Assembly: GCA_044220955.1 (NCBI GenBank)
Contig: JBGAQA010000103.1
Coordinates: 1-22,368, forward strand
Length of the DNA stretch: 22,368 nt
Source of the DNA: Sandaracinaceae bacterium
GTDB taxonomy: Bacteria; Myxococcota_A; Polyangia; Polyangiales; Sandaracinaceae
Reading direction: 5' to 3'
The notes below the pieces were generated by a model. It saw only the letters and a list, made by a program, of their open reading frames with translations. It was not told the DNA's origin and made no database searches. Numbering within the stretch: the stretch's first letter is position 1; the number at the start of each line of letters is the position of its first letter. Of this stretch, positions 1 through 7,561 are shown piece after piece. The translations under genes and the position numbers were made by a program.

Positions 1-77
1 TCGAGTTCGAGTTCGAGTTCGAGTTCGAGTTCGAGTTCGAGTTCGAGTTCGAGTTCGAGTTCGAGTTCGAGTTCGAG
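1..77. repeat. Perfect hexanucleotide tandem repeat (TCGAGT)n, at least 12.8 copies, cut by the window edge
   Basis: Read directly: TCGAGT x12 (1-72) plus TCGAG (73-77). It ends 3 nt from the mscS stop codon. Confidence 0.97.
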
Positions 78-80
78 AGC

Positions 81-1121
81 TCACCCCTCGCTCGCCCGCC
101 TCTCGATCAGCGTCCGGGGCACCGCGAACGAGACGCCCTGCTCGTCCAGCATCCTGCGCAGCCCGAGGATCACCGCCTGCTTCCGGTCGAGCATCGTCTC
201 GTACTCGGTCGTGGTGCACCAGAAGACCGCGTCGAACACCAGCGCCGTGTCGCCGACGTCGACGAGGTGCGCGCGCTCGAAGCGCACGTCCTTCTGGGCG
301 TCGACGATCGCCTTCATCCGGCCGGGGATCGCCTCGAGCGTCGTCACCGGCGTGTCGAGGGGCAGCCGGAACGTGAGCATCACCCGCCGCTCGCTGAGCC
401 GGCGGAAGTTCTGGACCCGCGCCCGCCCCAGGTCGCCGTTGCCGAACACGATCTGCTCGCCCGACGCGCTCCGCAGCCGCGTGCTCCGCCAGGTGATGCT
501 CTCCACCACCCCGCTGAGCTGATCGACCTGGATCGCGTCCCCGATGTCGAAGGGCCGGTCGAGGTAGATCGAGAGGGACGCGAAGAGATCGCCGAGCACG
601 TTCTGCACGGCGAACGCGGCCGCGAGGCCGCCGACGCCGAGCGTCGCGGCCAGCGCGGAGACCTGCACGCCGAGGTTCGAGAGCCCGAGGATCGCGACGG
701 CGCTCCACACGAGCAGGCGGCCCATGGCGTTGACCGCGGCGAGCGTCGTCGCCGCCCCCGGTCGTCCCTCGCGCTCGCGACGCTTCTCGACGGCGACCGC
801 GATCACCGACTGGAGCGAGAGGCCGAGCTGCACGGCGAACAGGACGACGAAGAGGTTGTGGACCAGGCGCTCCTGGGTCGCCGTGAGGCTCAGCGTCGAG
901 ATGCCGCACGCCAGCGCGATCGCGCTCCAGCCCCAGCCCCGGATGCTCTGGAGGAAGTGCACGACAAGGTCGTCGACCACCGTCGCCGTCCTCGTGGCGA
1001 GCTTGGCGAGCCGGCCCAGCACCGAGCGGCGCAGCGCGATCGAGATCGCCATGACGATCAGCGCCACGCTCGACGCGAAGATCAGGTCGTCGGCGTCGTT
1101 GCGAACGAGGAAGCCGTGCAT
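81..1121 (-). CDS. mscS: Small-conductance mechanosensitive channel (MscS family), 346 aa
   Basis: LGVGGLAAAFAVQNVLGDLFASLSIYLDRPFDIGDAI (TM3/beta-domain signature), GVVESITWRST..SGEQIVFGN, and N-terminal TM helices. Start moved to ATG 1121 (MHGFLV) because the longer ORF overlaps the upstream gene. Confidence 0.92.
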   Translation of the reverse strand: MHGFLVRNDADDLIFASSVALIVMAISIALRRSVLGRLAKLATRTATVVDDLVVHFLQSIRGWGWSAIALACGISTLSLTATQERLVHNLFVVLFAVQLGLSLQSVIAVAVEKRREREGRPGAATTLAAVNAMGRLLVWSAVAILGLSNLGVQVSALAATLGVGGLAAAFAVQNVLGDLFASLSIYLDRPFDIGDAIQVDQLSGVVESITWRSTRLRSASGEQIVFGNGDLGRARVQNFRRLSERRVMLTFRLPLDTPVTTLEAIPGRMKAIVDAQKDVRFERAHLVDVGDTALVFDAVFWCTTTEYETMLDRKQAVILGLRRMLDEQGVSFAVPRTLIERRASEG

Positions 1122-1131
1122 GCCCGTCGGA

Positions 1132-1662
1132 CTAGCCCTGGCGCGAGCGCGGGACGTACGCCTCGGCGATCGTCCCCATGAACTGGGCGAGGATGCCATC
1201 GGCGACGCGCAGGCGCCGCGAGAGCTCTCGCGCGATGTTCATCACGAAGAGCGAGTACGCCTTGAGGTCGCGCCGGTAGAGGAGCTTGTCCACGCTCTCG
1301 GCGCTGATGCGCAGGAGGCGGCTCGGGGCGAGGGCTCGCACGGTCGCCGAGCGCGGTTGAACGTCCAGGATCGACATCTCGCCGAACCATCCGGAGGGGC
1401 CGAGCATCGCGACGCGCACGTCGCCGCCCGAGCCGGGGCTGCGCTTGAGCACCTCGAGCTCGCCGTCGAGGACGACGAACATCTCGCGCGCCGGATCGCC
1501 CTCGGTCACCACGCGCTCGGCGACCTGCACCCGCAGCTGCGGGAGCTCGCGCGCGAGGATGACCAGCGTCTCGTCGTCGAGGCCGCCGAAGAGGCCGACC
1601 TCGCGCAGCCGCTGCGGGTCGACGACGTCGAGGGGGTTCACGCGCGGTCGCTCGGAAGTCAT
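1132..1662 (-). CDS. Stand-alone cyclic-nucleotide-binding (cNMP/CAP_ED) domain protein, 176 aa
   Basis: LFGGL..VVTEGDPAREMFVVLDGELEV..LGPSGWFGEMSILDVQPRSATVRAL is a complete phosphate-binding cassette (FGE...PRSATV). No C-terminal HTH. Start inferred at ATG 1662 (MTSERP). Confidence 0.9.
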   Translation of the reverse strand: MTSERPRVNPLDVVDPQRLREVGLFGGLDDETLVILARELPQLRVQVAERVVTEGDPAREMFVVLDGELEVLKRSPGSGGDVRVAMLGPSGWFGEMSILDVQPRSATVRALAPSRLLRISAESVDKLLYRRDLKAYSLFVMNIARELSRRLRVADGILAQFMGTIAEAYVPRSRQG

Positions 1663-1769
1663 GCGCCGGATCTGCGCCCAACCCTCGTCGAGAGCAAGCG
1701 CGGAGCGGGGCGGCTGGGGTATGCTGGCGGTTTGGTGGGGCGGTAAATCCGTCCGCATCGGCCCTCCCT

Positions 1770-4307
1770 TTGGCCATCGACGAAAACCTCGACCTCCCGC
1801 GGCCTTTCGGGCCCTACACGCTCTTGCGCCGTGTCGCGGTCGGCGGGATGGCCGAGGTGTACGTCGGCAAGACCAAGGGCATCGGCGGCTTCGAGAAGCT
1901 CGTCGCGATCAAGGTCATCCATCCGCGCTACTCGGAGGACGACCACTTCGTGAACATGCTCGTCGAGGAGGCCAAGATCGCGGTCCTGCTCACGCACGTG
2001 AACATCGCGCAGACGTTCGACCTCGGGCGCGTCGAGGACACGTACTACATCGCGATGGAGCTCGTCGAAGGGGCCGACGGCTACCGCGTCATGCGCAAGT
2101 GCGCGGACGCCAAGAAGGCGCTGCCGCTCGACGTCTGCGCCTTCGTCGTCAGCGAGATGTGCAACGGCCTGGACTACGCGCACCGGAAGCGCGACCCGCA
2201 GACGCAGCAACCGCTCGGCATCGTGCACCGCGACATCTCGCCTCAGAACGTGCTGATCAGCTTCGCCGGCGAGGTGAAGATCGTCGACTTCGGCATCGCC
2301 AAGGCCGCCTCGCGCAGCGAGCACACCGAGGCCGGCGTCATCAAGGGCAAGTACTACTACATGAGCCCGGAGCAGGCGTGGGGCGATCCCATGGACCACC
2401 GCTCCGACATCTTCTCGACCGGCGTCGTGCTCTACGAGCTGCTCACCGGCCGCATGCTCTACAACGACGACAACATCCCCTTGCTCCTCGACAAGGTGCG
2501 CAAGGCCGAGATCGCGCCGCCCGAGAAGCGCCGCCCGAACATCCCCAGGAGCCTGAGCGACATCGTGATGCGCGCGCTGCGTCGCGATCCGGGGGATCGC
2601 TACCAGTCCGCGCAGGAGATGGGGCACGCGCTGACGCAGTGGCTCTACACGAACAGCCCGACGTTCAGCGCGACCCGCCTGGGCGACCTGATGGTCGCGC
2701 TGTTCCCGACCGAGAACGCGCGCGCGAGTGGGATGATCGAGCTCTCGTCGTCGGGCATCAACCTGCCGCCGGTCTCGATGCCGGAGCCGCAGATCGCGCC
2801 GAAGGCGCCCATGCAGCTCTCGTCGCTCGCGGATCTCGCCGAGGACGGAGACGACGTCACGCGGCACGACGTGCTCCCGTTCCGCAAGCTCCGCGAGGGC
2901 GCCGCGGCAGCCGCCCAGCCGCCGCCTCCCGCGGCCGCACCCGCTCCCGACCGGCCGACGCTGCGTCCGGCGAAGAACGTCGCCGCGCGCGAGACCGCCA
3001 ACCTCCCGCAGGTCGCGATGGTCGCGCCGGGACGCTCCGTCGAGGCCGTGACGACGAACCCGATCACGCCCAAGCACGAGCCCACCGATCAGACACCGAG
3101 CGTCGAGCAGTGGGAGGACCCGACGAACCTTCGCGACGACAAGCGCGCGCGGCCGGCGGACGACGACTTCGAGGATTCCACGCTGGTGGACTCGCAGGGG
3201 ATGTACAAGCAGGTCCAGCAGGCGATGAGCAGCCGGGGCGGCCCGGCGCTCGCTCCCCAGGTCGTCGAGAGCGCGCGCGGCCGGGTGAACCTCGCCCGCC
3301 CCGCCGCGGTCGGGCGGCCGGGCTCGGTGCCGCCGCCCCCCAGCCGCGCCGCGTGGTCGGGCGCGCCCAAGCAAGCGCCGCCCTCGCGCGCCGCCGCCCC
3401 CGTGCGCGAAGAGGTCCTCGAGACCTACAACTCGCCCGAACCGCCGACGAGCCCCGTCGGGCAGGATCTCCCGCCGCCCAGCGAGGACCGCACGATCCCG
3501 ATCTCGGCGGCCGACGCGGAGCCCATCGCGCGCTCGCTCGGGCTCGTGGGACCACGGCCGGTACAGGCGCCTGCGGCCGCGCACGCGCCGCGCACGAGCG
3601 GGGGCTTCGCGCAGCCGCCGTCGGGCTGGCAGCAGGGGCCGTGGCCCGCCGCGCTGCCGACCTACGCGCAGCCCACGCGCCCGATCACCGATCCCTTCCA
3701 CGCGCCGGAGCAGCCGACGGTGCCGCTCGGCGCAGACCCGTTCGCGCCGCCGCCGCCCGCCGTGCCGCTGCCGGCGGAGCTGGGTGGTCCGCGCCCGAGC
3801 CGCGCGCCCATCGTGATGCTCGCCTTGCTCGGGCTGGTCGCGGTGGCAGCCGTCGTCGCCTTCGTCGTCCTTCCCGGCGCCCCGACGCCCGAGATCATGA
3901 TCGTGTCGACCCCCGAGGGCGCGATCGTCTCGATGAACGGCCAGAGCCTCGGGCCGACGCCTGTCACGATCTCCGAGGGGCTCGAGGTCGGGCACGCGTA
4001 CGAGCTCGACGTCGTGCACCCGGGCTATCAGGCGTGGCACGCGGTGATCCAGGCGCAGAACGGGCTCGTCCAGCAGTCGGCGATCCTCGCCGCGCTCCCG
4101 GCCTCGCTCCACGTCGAGACGGTGCCGCCAGGCGGGCAGGTGCTCGTCGGCGGCAGCCCGCGCGGCGCCGCGCCGGTCGATGTCTCCGGGTTCCTCGTCG
4201 GTCAGACCGTCGAGGTGCGCGCGAGCCGCCCCGGCCACGGCGTCCCGGTGGTGCAGGCCGTGGTGCTCGAGACCGAGTCGACGTCGGTGACGATCACCAC
4301 GCCCTGA
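1770..4307 (+). CDS. Membrane Ser/Thr protein kinase with a Pro-rich linker, one TM helix and two C-terminal PEGA-like domains, 845 aa
   Basis: GGMAEV, VAIK, HRDISPQN, DFGIAK, YMSPEQ and SDIFSTG motifs are intact. TM helix IVMLALLGLVAVAAVVAFVVL. PEGA-like IVSTPEGAIVSMNG..GPTPV and LHVETVPPGGQVLVGG..GAAPV. TTG start. Confidence 0.93.
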   Translation: MAIDENLDLPRPFGPYTLLRRVAVGGMAEVYVGKTKGIGGFEKLVAIKVIHPRYSEDDHFVNMLVEEAKIAVLLTHVNIAQTFDLGRVEDTYYIAMELVEGADGYRVMRKCADAKKALPLDVCAFVVSEMCNGLDYAHRKRDPQTQQPLGIVHRDISPQNVLISFAGEVKIVDFGIAKAASRSEHTEAGVIKGKYYYMSPEQAWGDPMDHRSDIFSTGVVLYELLTGRMLYNDDNIPLLLDKVRKAEIAPPEKRRPNIPRSLSDIVMRALRRDPGDRYQSAQEMGHALTQWLYTNSPTFSATRLGDLMVALFPTENARASGMIELSSSGINLPPVSMPEPQIAPKAPMQLSSLADLAEDGDDVTRHDVLPFRKLREGAAAAAQPPPPAAAPAPDRPTLRPAKNVAARETANLPQVAMVAPGRSVEAVTTNPITPKHEPTDQTPSVEQWEDPTNLRDDKRARPADDDFEDSTLVDSQGMYKQVQQAMSSRGGPALAPQVVESARGRVNLARPAAVGRPGSVPPPPSRAAWSGAPKQAPPSRAAAPVREEVLETYNSPEPPTSPVGQDLPPPSEDRTIPISAADAEPIARSLGLVGPRPVQAPAAAHAPRTSGGFAQPPSGWQQGPWPAALPTYAQPTRPITDPFHAPEQPTVPLGADPFAPPPPAVPLPAELGGPRPSRAPIVMLALLGLVAVAAVVAFVVLPGAPTPEIMIVSTPEGAIVSMNGQSLGPTPVTISEGLEVGHAYELDVVHPGYQAWHAVIQAQNGLVQQSAILAALPASLHVETVPPGGQVLVGGSPRGAAPVDVSGFLVGQTVEVRASRPGHGVPVVQAVVLETESTSVTITTP

Positions 4308-4328
4308 CTCGGCGCGAGCGGCGAGCCC

Positions 4329-5165
4329 TCACATCGCCATCTCGGCCGCGTACTTCTTCTCTTCGCGGTCCTTGATCGCCTCGAGGATCATGGTCGCGGT
4401 CTCCTCGATCGCGCGGCCGCTGACGTCGATGACCATCCAGCTCGGGTGCGCGCTGAAGATCTGATCGGCGAAGTCGAGCTCGGCACGGACGTGGTCCCGC
4501 AGGCCGTACGAGGCATCGGCAGGCATGCCGAGCTGAAGCAGGCGCGAGCGGCGGATCTCGAGGAGCTGGTCGACCCCGATCGTCAGCGCCACGACCTTCT
4601 CGGGCGGCAGGTCGTCGATCTCGGACGGAGGCGGGACGCCGAGCACGAGCGGGACGTTGGCCACGCGCAGCCCGCGGCCGGCGAGGTACGTCGAGAGCGG
4701 CGTCTTGCTCGTCCGGCTCACGCCGACCAGCACGAGGTCGGCCTTGCGCAGGTTCCGCGGCTCCTTGCCGTCGTCGCTCTTCACCGCGAACTCGATCGCC
4801 TCGACGCGTCGGAAGTACTCCTCCGAGAGGGGCATCGTCGCCGAGGGCTGGTTCAGCGGCTGGGCCTCGATGTAGCCGCCGACCTTGTGGATCAGCGTGC
4901 CGATCACGTCGACGGCCTCGACCTTCTCGCGCGCGGCGATCTCGTGGAACTTCTCCCGCATCTCCGGGGCGACGAGCGTGAAGACGACCATCGCCCCGGC
5001 CTCGCCGGCCTTGCGCAGGACGTCGGTCGCGGCGACCTCGTCGCGCACGCGCGTGAAGAGGCGCAGGCGCACGCGGTGGTGCGGGAACTGGAGCAGCGCG
5101 GCGCGGACCACGCGCTCGGCCGTCTCGCCCGTCGAGTCGCTCACCACGAAGATCTGCGGATCCAT
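4329..5165 (-). CDS. Pyruvate phosphate/water dikinase regulatory protein (DUF299 bifunctional kinase/phosphorylase, PDRP-like), 278 aa
   Basis: IFVVSDSTGETAE N-terminus, YFRRVEAIEFAVKSDDG, P-loop LVGVSRTSKTPLSTYLA, VANVPLV, AIEETA. Start ATG 5165 (MDPQIF). Confidence 0.93.
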   Translation of the reverse strand: MDPQIFVVSDSTGETAERVVRAALLQFPHHRVRLRLFTRVRDEVAATDVLRKAGEAGAMVVFTLVAPEMREKFHEIAAREKVEAVDVIGTLIHKVGGYIEAQPLNQPSATMPLSEEYFRRVEAIEFAVKSDDGKEPRNLRKADLVLVGVSRTSKTPLSTYLAGRGLRVANVPLVLGVPPPSEIDDLPPEKVVALTIGVDQLLEIRRSRLLQLGMPADASYGLRDHVRAELDFADQIFSAHPSWMVIDVSGRAIEETATMILEAIKDREEKKYAAEMAM

Positions 5166-5183
5166 ATCCCGACTTGGTACCAC

Positions 5184-5224
5184 GAAAAACGAAGAGCCCG
5201 CGCTCGGCGTACGAGCACGGGCTC
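5184..5224 (-). terminator. Rho-independent terminator of the small basic gene
   Basis: Minus strand GAGCCCGTGCTCG-tacgc-CGAGCGCGGGCTC (13-bp stem with one G-U pair) followed by TTCGTTTTTC, 23 nt after the TGA at 5248. Confidence 0.8.
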
Positions 5225-5247
5225 CCTCTCGGAAAACGGTCCTGCGC

Positions 5248-5397
5248 TCAGACGCGCGAGACGGATCCGCTGCGGCCCAGCTTGCGGTTGGCCATGCGGT
5301 TCACGCGGCGGCGGTTCTTGGCCTTGTGCTTGGCCGTCTTGCGCTTGCCGCGCGAGCGGTCCTTCTTTCGCGGGTTCTTCGAGATGACGAGGTACAT
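5248..5397 (-). CDS. Small, highly basic protein, 49 aa (MYLVISKNPRKKDRSRGKRKTAKHKAKNRRRVNRMANRKLGRSGSVSRV); not in the ORF track
   Basis: Hand translation from ATG 5397 to TGA 5248. GGAG Shine-Dalgarno 8 nt upstream. 47/49 codons end in G/C. Followed by a terminator. 20 K/R against 1 D. Confidence 0.85.
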   Translation of the reverse strand: MYLVISKNPRKKDRSRGKRKTAKHKAKNRRRVNRMANRKLGRSGSVSRV

Positions 5398-5423
5398 GCG
5401 TTCTTCTCCGAAATCGAGGCGCC

Positions 5424-5452
5424 TTCATAAACGACGACGCCCGGAGCGGCAA
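5424..5452 (-). promoter_or_regulatory. Candidate sigma70-type promoter for the small basic gene
   Basis: Minus strand TTGCCG-N17-TATGAA, with the -10 ending 26 nt above the ATG. The -10 lacks the final T. Confidence 0.45.
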
Positions 5453-5467
5453 GCGCTCCGGGCGTCG
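5435..5467 (-). terminator. 14-bp perfect stem-loop, probable terminator of the Cys-rich lipoprotein gene
   Basis: CGACGCCCGGAGCG-gcaag-CGCTCCGGGCGTCG, 32 nt past the stop at 5500, followed on the minus strand by TCGTTTAT. Confidence 0.65.
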
Positions 5468-5499
5468 GTCGTGGCTCCTTTCGAGCCTGGGGGTCTACG

Positions 5500-7284
5500 T
5501 CAGGGCGCCGCGGCGGGCATGTTGATCTCGACGCAGTAGTGCAGCGCCGTGTCGCAGATCTGGTTCGACGGGCACTCGCGGGGGCCCGCGTCGCCCATGC
5601 CGCCAGCGTCGGGGGCCGACGCCATCGTGCAGGGGAGGCGGCAGAGGCCGGCGAGCGGACCGGTCGCGACGCACTCCGAGCCGGCCGGGTAGCCGTTGGC
5701 GGTGCAGCTGGCCGCGTCCGTGCAGGGGGCCGTGCAGTGGCCGTCGCCCGCGAACTCGCGGTCGACGTTGCCCATCGCGTCGTGCGGCGTCGCGAGCGTC
5801 TCGTCGCAGACCTGGCCCATCGCGCAGTCGGCCTGGACGGCCGGGAGGCTGTTGGTGTTCGACGCGCCGCAGAACGCGCCGAGGGGCGAGCACTGACCGA
5901 ACGTCGGCGCCGACGAGCGGCACACACCGAAGCTGCACATCGTGTACGGCGCCATCGTGCAGTCCGCCGCGCTCGAGCACGCGTGGCCGTTGCTGTTCGT
6001 CGCGTCGGGCGAGCAGAACTCGTCCACCGCGCAGTCGCCCGTGGTGCCGTCGCCGATCATGCCGACGCGGGTGCAGCGCGGCTGGCAGCGGCCGTTGTTC
6101 GACACCACGGCGCCGCTCGTGTCGACCGTGTTGTAGTCCGTGCACGACTCGGTCGCGATGCACTCGTCGTCCGCGCCGCACACGCCGATGCAGTAGCCGG
6201 TGTACGGGCCGATCGTGAACACGCCGCCCATGCCGTCCGAGAGCGTGTTGCAGATGTTGCCCGGGCCACAGTCCGTCGCCGTGGTGCAGCCCATGAGGCA
6301 GAGCGTCGAGCTGTGCGCCGTTCCGTTGGCCGTGAGACAGATGCCCGGGGGCGTCGTGCCGCCGCCGCAGGTGCTGGTCGCGGTGTTCGGGTTGGTGCAG
6401 TCGAACTCGGCGCAGTGGCCGCCGTTGAGGCAGATGCCGCCGACCGGGCAGTCCGCCGCGCTGGTGCAGGGCGTGCCGACGTGCGCGCTCGCCGTGCCGG
6501 TGCCCGCAGGCTGCTCGCAGCGGCCGGTCGTCATGTTGCACACGTCCGGGTGGTCGTGGTTCACGATCGTGACGAGCTCACCCGCGTAGGTGATGCCGTA
6601 CACCGTGTTGCACTCGTTGTCCGTCGTGCAGGCCTCGACGCAGGAGTTGCCGAAGCGGTCGCAGGCGAACGCGTCGTCCGGGCACTCGGCGCTGCGCGCC
6701 GTCGCGTTGTAGGTGCAGTCGAGGCGGCAGATGCCGGTGTTCCCGCCGTAGGGGCGGTTCGCGGCGTCGTTGCGCAGGACGGCGAGGATGCCGCCGAACG
6801 CCGCGACGAGCGGCATCTGGGTCAGCGTCTGGCTGCAGGTCGAGCACGTGCCGCACGTGTCCGCGACCGAGCTGTCGCAGAGCTGCGCGCAGATGGTGCC
6901 CGCGGCGCCGTTGAAGGGGGCCGTCTCGGGCGACGTACCGCGGTCGATCATCTGGTAGTCCGGGTGCGCCGGGTCCATCAGCACGCCGGCCGGAATGCCG
7001 AACGCCGTCTGGACGTCCATGACGGCCGTGAACGCGAAGCACATGGCGCCGTTGACGCACTGGTTGGTGCTGCCGCTGCGGCAGTGGGCGCCGACGCGGC
7101 CCGTGCCGTTGCACGTGTCGCCGGTGTCCATGCCCGTCATGTTCCGATCGGGCATCATCACGTTCATGTCGACGGCGCCGCCCATGTCCATGAGGACGAT
7201 CGGGGCGTCCGGCGCCGCGTTGGTGTTGTTGCAGCCGAAGAGCGCGGCAGCCGCGAGAAGCACGTACGAAAGGCGATTCCTCAT
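5500..7284 (-). CDS. Cysteine-rich surface lipoprotein, 594 aa
   Basis: AGGAGG RBS before ATG 7284. Signal peptide MRNRLSYVLLAAAALFG-C (lipobox). Met/Asp-rich linker. 55 Cys, many in CxxxC-xxxxxC-xxxxxC modules (e.g. CLMGCTTATDCGPGNIC). Confidence 0.88.
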   Translation of the reverse strand: MRNRLSYVLLAAAALFGCNNTNAAPDAPIVLMDMGGAVDMNVMMPDRNMTGMDTGDTCNGTGRVGAHCRSGSTNQCVNGAMCFAFTAVMDVQTAFGIPAGVLMDPAHPDYQMIDRGTSPETAPFNGAAGTICAQLCDSSVADTCGTCSTCSQTLTQMPLVAAFGGILAVLRNDAANRPYGGNTGICRLDCTYNATARSAECPDDAFACDRFGNSCVEACTTDNECNTVYGITYAGELVTIVNHDHPDVCNMTTGRCEQPAGTGTASAHVGTPCTSAADCPVGGICLNGGHCAEFDCTNPNTATSTCGGGTTPPGICLTANGTAHSSTLCLMGCTTATDCGPGNICNTLSDGMGGVFTIGPYTGYCIGVCGADDECIATESCTDYNTVDTSGAVVSNNGRCQPRCTRVGMIGDGTTGDCAVDEFCSPDATNSNGHACSSAADCTMAPYTMCSFGVCRSSAPTFGQCSPLGAFCGASNTNSLPAVQADCAMGQVCDETLATPHDAMGNVDREFAGDGHCTAPCTDAASCTANGYPAGSECVATGPLAGLCRLPCTMASAPDAGGMGDAGPRECPSNQICDTALHYCVEINMPAAAP

Positions 7285-7343
7285 CGATTCCTCCTGCGCT
7301 TCCGCGCAATCACCCACCAACCCGAAGCCTTGCTGAAACACGA

Positions 7344-7363
7344 CCGGGCCGACTTCGGCCCGG
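7344..7363. promoter_or_regulatory. 8-bp hairpin in the putative 5' UTR of the Cys-rich lipoprotein gene
   Basis: CCGGGCCG-actt-CGGCCCGG, just downstream of the candidate -10 on the minus strand. Confidence 0.45.
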
Positions 7364-7374
7364 AAAAACGGCGT

Positions 7375-7403
7375 GCTGTAACTGCCCGACGCAAACGAGT
7401 CAA
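7375..7403 (-). promoter_or_regulatory. Candidate sigma70-type promoter for the Cys-rich lipoprotein gene
   Basis: Minus strand TTGACT-N17-TACAGC: good -35, weak -10. Confidence 0.5.
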
Positions 7404-7411
7404 GGCTGCAG

Positions 7412-7430
7412 CGTGACGGTGCCCGTCACG
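7412..7430. promoter_or_regulatory. Palindromic candidate operator
   Basis: CGTGACGG-tgc-CCGTCACG, a perfect 8-bp inverted repeat 8 nt upstream of the candidate -35. Confidence 0.4.
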
Positions 7431-7561
7431 GGGCGCACCCTCGAGCTCCGAGGGAACACGGTCCGCCCGGCACGGTGCACCATTCGCGCCACCGCAGATT
7501 CCCCGGCCGCGCGCGGGATCGGGTGGGTCGCCGCGACATCCCCGCCGCGGGTGTCAGGTCC

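Noticed and set aside
1132..1662. CRP/FNR-family transcription factor
   Set aside because: The protein ends shortly after the C-helix and has no HTH domain.
7412..7430. CRP-binding site
   Set aside because: The GTGA/TCAC half-sites are 9 nt apart, not the 6 nt of TGTGA-N6-TCACA.
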